Positions 37,150 through 50,026 of a DNA stretch of 64,000 nucleotides are shown here, in pieces. Source of the stretch: Candidatus Eiseniibacteriota bacterium (lineage in GTDB: Bacteria; Eisenbacteria; RBG-16-71-46); assembly GCA_041483195.1 (NCBI GenBank), contig JBGPFC010000002.1, forward strand, positions 64,001-128,000, read 5' to 3'. The translations under genes were made by a program, and so were the position numbers. The notes below the pieces were generated by a model. That model searched no databases. It saw only the letters and a list, made by a program, of their open reading frames with translations, and was not told the DNA's origin. Within the stretch, counting starts at the first letter, position 1. Each line of letters opens with the position of its first letter.

Positions 37150-38696
37150 TCCTCTCGCTGAACGGTCCCGTCACGCGCGTCGAGCGCGTCGGGCTGGTCG
37201 CCGCGCTCGCGCTCGCCACCGCGCTCATGTGGCCGCTCCGGCACTACCTGACCGACGACACCTACATCCACCAGCAGTACGCGCGCCACCTCGCGAACGG
37301 GCAGGGGCTGGTCTTCAACGTCGGCGAGCGCGTGTACGGCTGCACCAGCCCGCTCTGGGTCGCGCTGATCGCGGACGGAATGGCGCTGGGCATCGACGGG
37401 CTGCGGGTCGCTCGCACGCTCGGGTTCCTGGCGACACTCGCATCGATCGCACTCTTCTTCCAGCTGATGCGACGCACGCTCCGCACGCCGGAGCTGCGCG
37501 CGCTCGCCACGCTCGCGTGGGCGGGGCACGCATGGATGCTGCGCTGGTCGCTCTCTGGCATGGAGACCCCGCTCGCGGTGGCGCTCGTGCTCGCGGGATT
37601 CGTCGCGTTCACCGAAGGCCTGCAGTGGGGCTCCCGTCCGGTTCGAACCGCCGCCCTCTGGTCGCTCGCCGCCCTCACGCGCCCGGAGGCCGTCTTCCTG
37701 CTCGGGCTGTGGACGGTGTTCCTGATCGTGGACACCGACAGTCGCGCCGGCCTGCGCCGCCTCGTCTTCGGTCTCGTCCCGCCGCTCCTGATCTACGGAG
37801 GATGGCTGGCCTTCTCGCGCCTCTACTTCGGGACGTTCTGGCCCAACACGCTCGAAGCCAAGGCCGCGGGTTCGGAGGGGCTCGCCTTCCAGCTCGACAA
37901 CCTGTGGCGTCAGGTCAAGATCGTCGGCGCGACCGACGGCGTGAAGGCGGCGGTGCTGATCGCGGCGCTGGTGTTCGGCGCCCGCCGGATGTGGCCGCGC
38001 CACACCACGGCGCAGCGCATGGTGCCATGGGTCTGGCTGGTCGGAGTCCCGGCGCTGTACGTGGCGCGGGGCGTGCCGGTGCTCTCGCGATACCTGTTGC
38101 CGCTGCTGCCGGTGATGGGATGGCTGGCGTGGCGCGCCGCCGAGGTCTGGTGGGTGGGAGAGGACCCATCACCGGCGCAGCGCCGGCGCGCCGTCGTGCT
38201 GGGCGTCGCGCTCGCGGCGCTCACGCTGTTCCAGAATCTGACCGTCTATCGCATGCAGGTGCTCCCGCACGTCGAGTCGTTCAGTGAGGGATTCCGCGGA
38301 TCGCTCGTGCGGTGGGGGCGCTGGTTCGGCGATCACGCGCCGCCCGGAGCGGTCATCGCGACGCCCGACATCGGCGCGATCGGATATTTCAGCAGGCATC
38401 GCGTCGTCGACCTCGCGGGCCTCGTGACGCCGCAGATGGTACCGCTGCTCAGGCAGCAGCCCGCCGAGGACGTGGTGCGCGAGCTGCGGTTCGAATCGTT
38501 CGCGCGTCCCGGTTTTCTCGTCGACCGCGCTCCGGTCGCGAACGATCTGATCGCGCGCAGCAGCTTCGCGGCGTGCCTGACGCCGCTCGGTCACGCGTCG
38601 GTTCCGAATCTCGGGATCGCGCGCCCCGGCGAGGCCGTTTACACGTTCTACCGCGTCGACTGGGCGGTCTTCGACACGCTCCGCGCGCGACGCTGA
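37146..38696 (+). CDS. Multi-TM GT-C-like protein (AftB-like DD motif)
   Basis: TDDTYIHQQYARHLANGQGLVFN.GERVYGCTSPLW, SGMETPL, LTRPE, PNTLEAK, RYLLP, DIGAIGY...VVDLAGLVTP. Confidence 0.75.
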   Translation: MILSLNGPVTRVERVGLVAALALATALMWPLRHYLTDDTYIHQQYARHLANGQGLVFNVGERVYGCTSPLWVALIADGMALGIDGLRVARTLGFLATLASIALFFQLMRRTLRTPELRALATLAWAGHAWMLRWSLSGMETPLAVALVLAGFVAFTEGLQWGSRPVRTAALWSLAALTRPEAVFLLGLWTVFLIVDTDSRAGLRRLVFGLVPPLLIYGGWLAFSRLYFGTFWPNTLEAKAAGSEGLAFQLDNLWRQVKIVGATDGVKAAVLIAALVFGARRMWPRHTTAQRMVPWVWLVGVPALYVARGVPVLSRYLLPLLPVMGWLAWRAAEVWWVGEDPSPAQRRRAVVLGVALAALTLFQNLTVYRMQVLPHVESFSEGFRGSLVRWGRWFGDHAPPGAVIATPDIGAIGYFSRHRVVDLAGLVTPQMVPLLRQQPAEDVVRELRFESFARPGFLVDRAPVANDLIARSSFAACLTPLGHASVPNLGIARPGEAVYTFYRVDWAVFDTLRARR

Positions 38697-38840
38697 GCCG
38701 GCGGCGCGCGCCCGGTTCGCGCCAACGCGAACGCAGGGCATTCGAGCCCTCCTCGAGGAGCGCGCGACCCCGGATCCGGCGCTGCACGCGCGTGCACTTC
38801 CGCCGGCCGCGAAATATTCCAAATCACCTGACGATTCCTT

Positions 38841-38870
38841 TTGACAGCCGCGCATCTTCGCTCGTATCGT
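38841..38870 (+). promoter_or_regulatory. Pmra-like sigma70 promoter of the dcw operon
   Basis: TTGACA-18 nt-TATCGT upstream of the MraZ boxes. Confidence 0.6.
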
Positions 38871-38880
38871 GCGGCACGCG

Positions 38881-38925
38881 GTGGGGAGTTGTGGGGATTC
38901 GTGGCGGTTGGTGGCAACCAATGGG
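38881..38925 (+). promoter_or_regulatory. MraZ-binding direct repeats
   Basis: GTGGG, GTGGG, GTGGC, GTGGC, ATGGG at an exact 10-bp period (38881, 38891, 38901, 38911, 38921), directly before mraZ. Confidence 0.85.
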
Positions 38926-38944
38926 AATGCGAGAAGCGCGTCCG

Positions 38945-39397
38945 ATGGCGTTCTACGGGACCGAAACCTACGCGATCGATCACAAGGGCCGCATCAGCGT
39001 GCCCGCATCGATGCGACGCGCGGGAACGCGCAAGAAGGCGCTCGACTCGTTCTATCTCGTCGCCGGCTTCGAAGGCTGTCTCGCCCTGTACGCGCCCGAT
39101 GACTGGGCGCGTGTCGAGGAGCGTCTCCGCCGCCTCCCGATGGGAGGCCGCAAGGGCCGCGCGTTCGCGCGCGCGTTTCTGATGAACGCAACTCCCGTGA
39201 CGGTGGACGCGCAGGGACGCATCACGATCCCACCGGCACTCGTGGTCCGTGCAGCGCTCGGCAAGGAAGCCGTCCTGCACGGACAAGTCGATCGCATCGA
39301 GATCTGGAATCCCGAGCGGCTTCGGGCGGCCGTCGCCGAGGCCGATGGCCAGCTCGAGTCGCTGGCCGACGAAGTCCTGGGTGGCGGGGACGCGTGA
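38945..39397 (+). CDS. mraZ: Division/cell-wall cluster transcriptional repressor MraZ
   Basis: FYGTETYAIDHKGRISVP and VDAQGRITIP repeats, RIEIWN. Confidence 0.96.
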   Translation: MAFYGTETYAIDHKGRISVPASMRRAGTRKKALDSFYLVAGFEGCLALYAPDDWARVEERLRRLPMGGRKGRAFARAFLMNATPVTVDAQGRITIPPALVVRAALGKEAVLHGQVDRIEIWNPERLRAAVAEADGQLESLADEVLGGGDA

Positions 39398-39843
39398 TGG
39401 CGCGCGGGGCGGTGAGGCCGGCGCGCGTCCCGTTCGCCGTGAATCTCGAGCTCAGCCACGGCCGTCACGGCGCGGCGGCGCGGCTCGAGATTCACGAGCG
39501 CGGCGGCGACCGGCTCGCCCTGCTCAAGCTCAGCGGCTGGATCGACCAGGTCGCGGTGCGCCGTCTGGAAGGGACGCTCGCCGAGCTCGCGGAGCGCGGC
39601 ACGAGCCAGCTGCTCCTCGACTGTTCGCAGCTTCGTCACATCGACTACCGGCTGGTGCCGGTGCTGGTCGACGCGCTGTCGCGTTTCGAGACCCACGCCG
39701 GCGGGTTCGTGGTGTGCGGGCTCTCGCACTACCTGCGCGACCTGTTCCGCCTCGCGGGATGCGAGCCGCGGCTGCGCTGCTGGCCCAACGCGGACGAGTT
39801 GCTCGGTCCCGCCCTCGAGCCGGGCCGTGAGCGCGCGTCATGA
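39397..39843 (+). CDS. STAS-domain protein
   Basis: LLKLSGWID...LLLDCSQLRHID...GGFVVCGLSHYLRDLFRLAG fits the STAS fold; overlaps mraZ stop and rsmH start; true start uncertain. Confidence 0.75.
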   Translation: MARGAVRPARVPFAVNLELSHGRHGAAARLEIHERGGDRLALLKLSGWIDQVAVRRLEGTLAELAERGTSQLLLDCSQLRHIDYRLVPVLVDALSRFETHAGGFVVCGLSHYLRDLFRLAGCEPRLRCWPNADELLGPALEPGRERAS

Positions 39844-40756
39844 ACCGGTTCTGGTCGCCGAGACCCTCGCGCTGCTCCGCAATGGCCCCGGACTCTACCT
39901 CGACGCCACGCTCGGCGACGGCGGGCACGCCGAGGCCCTGCTCGACGCCGAGCCGGCATCCCGATTGCTCGGCTGCGATCGTGATCCCGACGCGCTGGCG
40001 TCCGCGCGCGAGCGACTCGCGCACTTCGGCGGGCGCGTGAACCTGGCGCATGCGACGTTTCGCGAGCTGCCCGACGCGCATCGGGCGATCGGGAGCGAGC
40101 GGCTCGCGGGCGCGCTGTTCGATCTCGGTCTCTCGTCGCGACAGATCGACGACGCATCGCGCGGCATGAGCTTCATGGGGGAGGGCCCCCTCGATCTGCG
40201 CATGGATCGCTCGCGCGGGATTCCGGCAGCGGCGATGCTCGCGGAGGTCGACGAGGGCGCGCTGGCATCGGTGCTGCGCGAATACGGAGATCTCACCGGG
40301 GCGGCGCGTCTGGCGCGCGCCATCTCTGCCGAAGCGAGGCGCGGGGGCCTCCCCACGACCCGCGCGCTCACGGCGGTGGTGGATCGCGCGCTGGGCGGGC
40401 GGCCTCATCCGCGCCGCTACGCGCAGGTGTTCCAGGCCCTGCGCATCTGGGTCAACGGTGAGGCGGAGGATCTCGAGTTCGCGCTGAGCTGGCTGCCGGA
40501 TGCGATGCGCGAAGCGGGCGTCGTGGTGACCATCGCCTATCACTCTGGCGAGGATCGCCGGATCAAGCGGGCGGCGCGGGGACCGGTGAGAACGGCTCCG
40601 TCGCGTCGCCGGCCGCAGGTGCCGGAGGAACGGCTCCCCGAGGGGCCGTGGGAAGTGCTGAACCGTCACGTGGTGGTTCCCTCAGCGGAGGAGACGGCTC
40701 GCAATCCACGCGCTCGCAGCGCGCGGCTTCGGGCCTTCCGGAGGAAGTCGACATGA
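39827..40756 (+). CDS. rsmH: 16S rRNA m4C1402 methyltransferase
   Basis: HEPVL, DATLGDGGH, DLGLSSRQID, PLDLRMD, FQALRIWVN, YHSGEDR, NPRARSARLR. Confidence 0.96.
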   Translation: MSARHEPVLVAETLALLRNGPGLYLDATLGDGGHAEALLDAEPASRLLGCDRDPDALASARERLAHFGGRVNLAHATFRELPDAHRAIGSERLAGALFDLGLSSRQIDDASRGMSFMGEGPLDLRMDRSRGIPAAAMLAEVDEGALASVLREYGDLTGAARLARAISAEARRGGLPTTRALTAVVDRALGGRPHPRRYAQVFQALRIWVNGEAEDLEFALSWLPDAMREAGVVVTIAYHSGEDRRIKRAARGPVRTAPSRRRPQVPEERLPEGPWEVLNRHVVVPSAEETARNPRARSARLRAFRRKST

Positions 40757-41190
40757 AGTTCCATCTCCGCCGTTCCATTCCGTCATGGCGCGCGCCAGAA
40801 GCGCGCGTCGTCCGTCCCGAGCTGTGGCTGCTCGCCATCGCCCTGGTCGGAATCATGCTGGTCGAGGTGTGGCAGAGCTCCCGCATGGCCGAGCTCAGCC
40901 TGCATCTGGACCAGACCCGTTCGGCGCTCGCGCAGGCACACGCACGGCTGGAGTTCGTGCAGGCGCGGCTCGACCGCCGAACCACTCGCGCCGAGCTGAC
41001 CCCGCTTGCGTCTCAGCTGGGTCTGGCGCCAGCCGACGCCCAGCAGGTGGTGGCGCTGCCCGCGGAGTATCTCGCGGGCGCCGACACCCCGTCACGGGAC
41101 GGAGCCTCCGTCTCGATGCTGGCGTTGGCGGAAAGGGCATCGCGGGCACTCGTGCCGGAGGCCACGGCGCGGGTTCGCGCGGGAAATTGA
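40753..41190 (+). CDS. ftsL: Cell division protein FtsL-like
   Basis: Short cytoplasmic tail, single TM, coiled coil ending LASQLGL; position between rsmH and the PBP gene. Confidence 0.7.
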   Translation: MKFHLRRSIPSWRAPEARVVRPELWLLAIALVGIMLVEVWQSSRMAELSLHLDQTRSALAQAHARLEFVQARLDRRTTRAELTPLASQLGLAPADAQQVVALPAEYLAGADTPSRDGASVSMLALAERASRALVPEATARVRAGN

Positions 41191-41299
41191 TCGAACGCAC
41201 GTCGTGACAGAGGTGCGCCGGATGTCCGGCCGCACCACCGCACCGCGCGAGTGATGGCCAGGCGGTCCGCGTGAACCGCCGTTCCATGGAGGGAAGGGG

Positions 41300-43440
41300 T
41301 TGGCCCACACGGAAATGCGCAAGAGTCGGGTGCTGGTGGCTGCGGCCGGTCTGTTTCTCGGCCTGCTCCTGGTGTGGCTGCGCGTCGCGTGGCTCGCGCT
41401 CGCGTGCCACGGAGCGTACGAGGCGCGGGCCGAGCGCAATCAGGAGCAGCGCGTTCCCCTGAAGGCGGTGCGCGGAGACCTGCTCGACCGCTACGGCCGC
41501 CCGCTCGCGCGCGACCTGGTGACCTGCTCGATCTCCGCGGCGCCGGCCGAGATGAAATCGCCGCGCGCCGTGGCGCGCGAGCTCGCGGCGCTGCTTGCGC
41601 GCGATCCGCTGCCGCTCGAGCGCGCGTTCGAGCGGCGCCCGCGATTCCTCTGGGTCGCGCGGCGCGTGCCCCCGGAGCTCGGCCAGCGCATTCGCGATCG
41701 CGGGTGCGTCGGCGTGTACGTCGGCAACGAGATCCAGCGCGAGTATCCGCTGGGCGCGGCGGCGGCGGAGTTCCTGGGACGCACCGATCTCGACAACAGC
41801 GGAGTCGAGGGTATCGAGCTCGAGCTCGACGAATCGCTTCGCGGCCACGCGGGATGGGCGACGCGATTCCGAGACGGTCGCGGCGGCACGCACGAACTCT
41901 CGCGCGGGCTGAAGCGCGAGCCCCAGAACGGCAGCGACGCGGTGCTCACCCTCGATTCGGACCTGCAGGCCATCGTCGAGAGCCATCTCGCGCGCGCCGT
42001 GGATACGTTGCGCGCGGTGCGCGGCTTCGCGCTGTTCGTGGATCCGCGCACCGGCGAGGTGCTCGCGGCGGTCGACGTTCCGCATCTGGCCGCCGGGAAA
42101 TCCCGCAACTGGACCTTCACCGACATGTACGAGCCCGGCTCGACCTACAAGATGGTCGTGGCGGGCGCGGCGATCGAAGAAGGACTCGCGCGGCCCGATC
42201 AGGTGTTCGAGGCATCCGCGAACGGCGTGTGCCAGGTGGCCCCGGGCGCGGTGTTTCACGACGTCCACAAGGCGGCGAGCTACACCTTCCGCGACGCGGT
42301 GCGCTGGTCGAGCAACATCGTCATGGGGAAGCTTGGAGTCCTGGTCGGGGCGGAGCGGCTCTACCGTTATTCGACGGCGCTCGGATTCGGCAGCCTGACC
42401 GGGATCGACTATCCGGGCGAGAGCGGCGGACACCTGCGGAGTCCCGCGCAGTGGTCGGCGCGCTCCTGTCCGACGATCGCGATCGGCCATGAGATCTCGG
42501 TCACGCCCCTGCAGCTCGTCCTCGCGTACGCGGCGGTCGCGAACGGAGGGGTGTTGATGCAGCCGATGCTGGTGCGCGAGATCCGCGACGCGCACGGCGG
42601 CACGCGGCGGTTCGCGCCCCACGCGTCGCGTCGCGTGTTCAGTCCCGCCACCACGCGCCTGCTCGCCGAGATGCTGACCGCCGTCGTGGACAGCGGTACG
42701 GCGAAGGCCGCTCGGGTTCCCGGACTGGCGATCGCCGGCAAGACCGGCACGGCCCAGAAGTACGACGCGAGCATCGGGACCTATGGCAAGGGCATGTACC
42801 TCTCGTCCTTCGTGGGGTTCGCGCCCGCCGCCGATCCCTGCATCGCCGGCGTGATCGTGATCGACGAGCCCCACGGCAAGCACTACTACGGGGGCGATAT
42901 CGCGGCGCCGGTGTTTCGCAAGGTGATCGAAGACCTCCGGAGGCTTCCGCACGGACCGTTCGACCCCGGCATCTCGCAGATCGCGGTGCGTCCCCCCGAA
43001 CCGGCACCGGTGGTGGTGCCCGACCTGCGGCTGCTGCCGCCGCGCGATGCCGAGCGGACTCTGTTCGCGCTCGGACTCCGCGCGCACATCACCGGCGATG
43101 GCTCACGCGTGCTCGCTCAAGTCCCGCCCGCCGGCGACGCGGTCGAGCGTGGCGCGAGCGTGGCGCTCTGGCTGGAGGCGCCGGGAGACTCGATCGGGCG
43201 TGCCCTGCCGGATCTGCTGGGTCTGCCGGTTCGCGAAGCGCTGCGCCGGCTCACCGTGCGCCAGGTGGAGGCGCGGATCGAGGGGCACGGCGTCGTCGTG
43301 CGGCAGGCCCCCGCGCCCGGTACTCCGTTGCCGCTGGCCGGCGGGGTGAGGTTGTGGTGCGAGCGGCGTGTGACGGGTGTGCCGGCCGTGGCCGGCGCGG
43401 GATCGGCGGTCGCAGCGGCGGCCGCGTACCATGAGGAGCC

Positions 43441-43444
<4 letters not shown>
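41300..43444 (+). CDS. ftsI: Class B penicillin-binding protein with C-terminal PASTA domains
   Basis: RGDLLDRYG, REYPLG, EPGSTYK (SxxK), SSN, KTGTAQ; VPDLR.. and LPDLLG.. PASTA-like repeats; start TTG 41300 or ATG 41315. Confidence 0.92.
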
Positions 43445-44972
<1,528 letters not shown>

Positions 44973-44976
<4 letters not shown>

Positions 44977-46397
44977 TCGCGCTCGCCGCCCGGCCGATCC
45001 TGACCCTGCCGCAGCTCGCCCAGCTCTCGAACGGCGACCTCGTGGTGCGCGACATTCCGACCGCGGCCGCGGAGCGCGAGGCGTTCCTGAGGTCCGGGAT
45101 CGACGGCGTGAGCATCGACTCGCGCACGCTGGCTCCTGGCGAACTGTTCGTCCCGCTTCCCGGCACGCGCGTCGACGGTCACGCGTTCATCGCCGGCGCC
45201 TTCGCGCGCGGCGCGGGGGCCGCGCTCTGTGCGCGCGATCGCGTCGCATCGCTCGCCGCGGTTCCATTGGGCCCGCTGATCGTGGTGGACGACGTCACGG
45301 CGGCGCTCCAGAGGATCGCGCACCACTACCGGACCGGCTGGCCGGGATTGCTCATCGGGGTGACGGGCAGCGCCGGCAAGACCACGACCAAGGACCTGGT
45401 CGCTGCGGTGCTCGCGAGCGCCGCTCCGACCCTCAAGACCGAGGGCAATCTGAACAACCACTGGGGCGTGCCGCTGACGCTCCTGCGTCTGCGCCCCGAT
45501 CACCGGGCGGCCGTGATCGAGATGGGCATGAATCACGAGGGTGAAATCGCGCAGCTCGCCGCGCTCGCGGTCCCCGGCGCGGCGATCATCACCGGCGCGG
45601 GCAGCGCCCATCTCGAGCACCTGGGCTCGCGCGAGGCGATCGCGCGCGAGAAGGCCGCGCTCGCGTTCGCGCTCAAGCGGGACGAGGTCGCATTCGTCTC
45701 CGCCGATTCGCCGTTGCTGCTCGCAGCGCTTGAGGGCGCGCCGTGCCGGCGGGTCCGCTACGGGTTCGAGCCCGGCGCCGACGTGCGGCCGCGCGCGGTG
45801 CGCGCGCTCGGGGCCGAGGGCAGCCACATTGAGGTCGATGGTTTCCCCTCGTTCCAGCTGCACCTCGTCGGGCGCCACCAGGTCCCGAACGCGCTCGCGG
45901 CGCTCGCCGTGGCGCGCGAGCTGAAGATCGACCCGGCCGCCGCGGCCTCCGCCCTCGAAGCCTGTCGCGCCGGGCACGGGCGCATGGAGGTGCTCCGCGC
46001 CCGGGGCGCGGTGCTGCTGGTCGACTGCTACAACGCCAACCCCGAGTCCACGCGCGCGGCGCTCGATACGCTCGCGACCTGGCCAGGCGCTTCGCGGCGC
46101 ATCGCGATTCTCGGCGACATGCTGGAGCTGGGCCCCGACGCCGCCCGGTTCCATCGCGAGACCGGGGCGGCGGCGGGGGATGCCGATCTGTGGGCGGTGG
46201 GCGAGCATGCCGCCGACTTCGCGGCGGGCGCGCGGGACGCGGGGGTGTCCGCCACGACATTCCCGAGCATCGCCGCGGTGGCCGAGGCGCTCGCTCGCGC
46301 GCTCGCGCCGGGCGTGGTCGTGCTGCTCAAGGCGTCGCGCGGCGCGCGCCTCGAGCGCGTGCTCGACGGACTCTCAGGGCTCGAAGGGGAGGCGTGA
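44973..46397 (+). CDS. murF: UDP-MurNAc-tripeptide:D-Ala-D-Ala ligase
   Basis: [48 protein letters not shown]. Confidence 0.96.
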
Positions 46398-46401
46398 GCC
46401 C

Positions 46402-47489
<1,088 letters not shown>

Positions 47490-47493
<4 letters not shown>

Positions 47494-48893
47494 CCATCGA
47501 CGCCCGCCACCCGCTGCCCGGCAGCCGCCCGCTGATCGTGGGGGCCGCGCGCTCGGGACTGGCCGCGGCCGAGCTGCTCGCGCGTCACGGGCTGGCGGTG
47601 CGCGTGTGCGACGCGCGGCCCGCTGGGGCGCTGCCGGAAGCCGCGGCGCGGCTGGCCGCGATCGGCGCGGAAGCGGTCTTCGGACGCGACGACGCGGGGC
47701 TGATCGAGGGGAGGGACTTCGTGGTGTGGAGCCCGGGGATACCCGTGAACCATCCGCTCGCGGTGTCGGCGCGGGCGCACGGCGTGCCGCTGCTCTCCGA
47801 GCTCGAGCTCGGGTACCTCGCTGCGCACGCACCGTTCGTGTGCGTCACCGGCACCAACGGCAAGAGCACGACCACCGATCTGGTGGGCGCGCTGCTGCGC
47901 GCGGCGGGCCGCGAGGTCGAAGTGTGCGGCAACATCGGGCGCGCGGTGTGCGAGGTCGCGGAGCGCGTGAGCGTGAGCGGGCTGCTGGTGGTCGAGGTGT
48001 CGTCCTATCAGCTCGAGTCGGTCGAGCGTCTCAAACCGTTCGTCGCGACCTGGCTGAACCTGACGCCGGATCATCTGGAGCGCCATGGCAGCTTCGAACA
48101 CTACGGCGCGCTCAAGCGCCGGCTGTTCGAGCGCCAGGACGACACCGACTACGCGGTGTGGAACGCGGACGATCCCGAGGTCATCCGTCGCCGCGGGGGC
48201 GCGGGCACCTCGCTCACGTTTTCCATGGCGGGTCCGGTGGGCGAAGGCGCGTTCCTGGCCGGCGACACGCTCACGCTCGCATGGCGGGGCGGGATCGAGC
48301 CGCTGATCCCCACGCACGAGCTGCGGCTGCGCGGCCGCCACAATCACGCGAACGTGCTCGCCGCCCTCGCGACCGCGCTCCCGCTCGAGATCGCGCCCGA
48401 GACGCTGCGCTCCGTGTTGCGCGAATACCCGGGACTCGAACACCGCCTGGAGCTGGTGGGAGCGATCGATGGCGTCGAGTTCGTGAACGACTCGAAGGCC
48501 ACCAACTTGAGCTCGCTCGAGGTGGCGCTCGCGAGCTTCGACGCGCCGGTCGTGCTGATCGCCGGCGGGCGCGACAAGGGCCAGGATTTCGGGACGGTGC
48601 GCGAGCTCGCGCGCGAGCGAGTGCGCCACGCGGTGCTGATCGGCGAGGGCGCTCCGCGGATCGCGGCGGCGTGGCAGGGTCTCCCGCTCACCCGCGCCGG
48701 GTCGCTGGCGGAGGCGGTGGATCTCGCGTTCGACCTCGCGAAGCGGGCCGCGGCCGGGCCTGCCGCACCCCCGGCGGCCGTGCTGCTCTCGCCCGGATGC
48801 GCGTCATTCGACATGTTCGCGGACTTCGAGGATCGCGGCCGGCGCTTCAAGGCCGAGGTCCGTCGGCTGCGGCTGGCGGAGGCGCGCGCATGA
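47490..48893 (+). CDS. murD: UDP-MurNAc-L-Ala:D-Glu ligase
   Basis: GAARSG, TGTNGKSTT, GNIG, EVSSYQL, PDHLERH, NDSKATN, SPGCASFDMF. Confidence 0.96.
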
Positions 48894-50026
48894 AACGGGG
48901 CGACCGCTGGATCATCGCGCTCGCGTTCGCGCTCACGGCGGTGGGGGTCATCATGGTCTATTCCTCGAGCGCGATCCTGGGGATCACGCGCTATCAGGAT
49001 CCCGACCATTTCCTGGTGCGCCAGCTCCAGCGCGTCGCGCTCGGCGTCGTGGCGCTGGTGATGTGCGCGCGACTCAATCCGCGCCGGCTCGAAATGGCAG
49101 CGCCCTGGCTGCTCGGAATCGCGGCCGCCATGCTGGCGGCGGTGGTGGTGATGGGGCACGTCGCGAACGGCGCGATGCGCTGGCTGTCGTTCGGATTGTT
49201 CTCCGTGCAGCCCACCGACCTCGGGCGCATCGCCTCGGTCGTGTTCCTCGCGTGGTGGCTCAAGCGACATCCTCCCGCGGAGGGCGGTTTCCTGCGCGGG
49301 GTGATCCCGCCACTCGCCATCGTCGGCTGCCTGAGCGGGCTCATCCTGCTCCAGCCCAACCTGAGCAGCGCGGGCCTGCTCGGCCTCACCGGATTTCTCA
49401 TGGTGTTCCTGGCCGGCGCGCGCCTGCGCCACGTCGCGGTCCCGGTCGCCGCCGCGGCGCTCGTGGTCGTCGTCATGCTCCAGACCCATCCGTACCAGAT
49501 GGAGCGGCTCCATACGTTCCTGCGCTTCACGCTCACCGGGGATCTGGACTCGCGCGGAGCGGGGTGGCAGCTCGATCAGTCGCTGATCGCGATCGGGTCG
49601 GGGGGATGGATGGGGCGCGGCATCGGGGGCGGGCTCCAGAAGTATCTGTTCCTTCCGGAAGCACACACCGACTTCATCTTCTCCATTCTGGCCGAGGAGA
49701 TGGGCTTCCTGGGCGCGAGCGTGCTGCTCGTGCTGCTCGCGCTGCTCGTCTGGCGCGGCATGCGCGTCGCGTCGCGCGCGGCGGAGCCTTTCACCGGCCT
49801 GCTCGCTGGAGGACTCACGTTGCAGATCGGCCTGTACGCCATCGTGAATCTCGCGGTCGCCACGGGGCTCGCCCCGACGACCGGATTGCCACTGCCGTTC
49901 GTCTCGTATGGTGGCTCGGCCCTGCTCGCGAACATGGCGGCCGCCGGACTGCTCTACCGCATCAGCGCGATGAACGGCGTCGACGAAGCGCTCGCGCGCC
50001 AGCGCTGGTCCCGGGAGAGCGCATGA
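48890..50026 (+). CDS. ftsW: SEDS peptidoglycan polymerase FtsW
   Basis: MVYSSS, NGAMRW, QPTDL, LQPN, FLPEAHTDFIFS, PTTGLPLPFVSYGGS. Confidence 0.95.
   Translation: MKRGDRWIIALAFALTAVGVIMVYSSSAILGITRYQDPDHFLVRQLQRVALGVVALVMCARLNPRRLEMAAPWLLGIAAAMLAAVVVMGHVANGAMRWLSFGLFSVQPTDLGRIASVVFLAWWLKRHPPAEGGFLRGVIPPLAIVGCLSGLILLQPNLSSAGLLGLTGFLMVFLAGARLRHVAVPVAAAALVVVVMLQTHPYQMERLHTFLRFTLTGDLDSRGAGWQLDQSLIAIGSGGWMGRGIGGGLQKYLFLPEAHTDFIFSILAEEMGFLGASVLLVLLALLVWRGMRVASRAAEPFTGLLAGGLTLQIGLYAIVNLAVATGLAPTTGLPLPFVSYGGSALLANMAAAGLLYRISAMNGVDEALARQRWSRESA

Noticed and set aside
38881..38925. Short periodic repeats as a CRISPR or novel tandem repeat
   Set aside because: 10-bp GTGG period directly before mraZ is the known MraZ operator pattern; no spacers or cas genes
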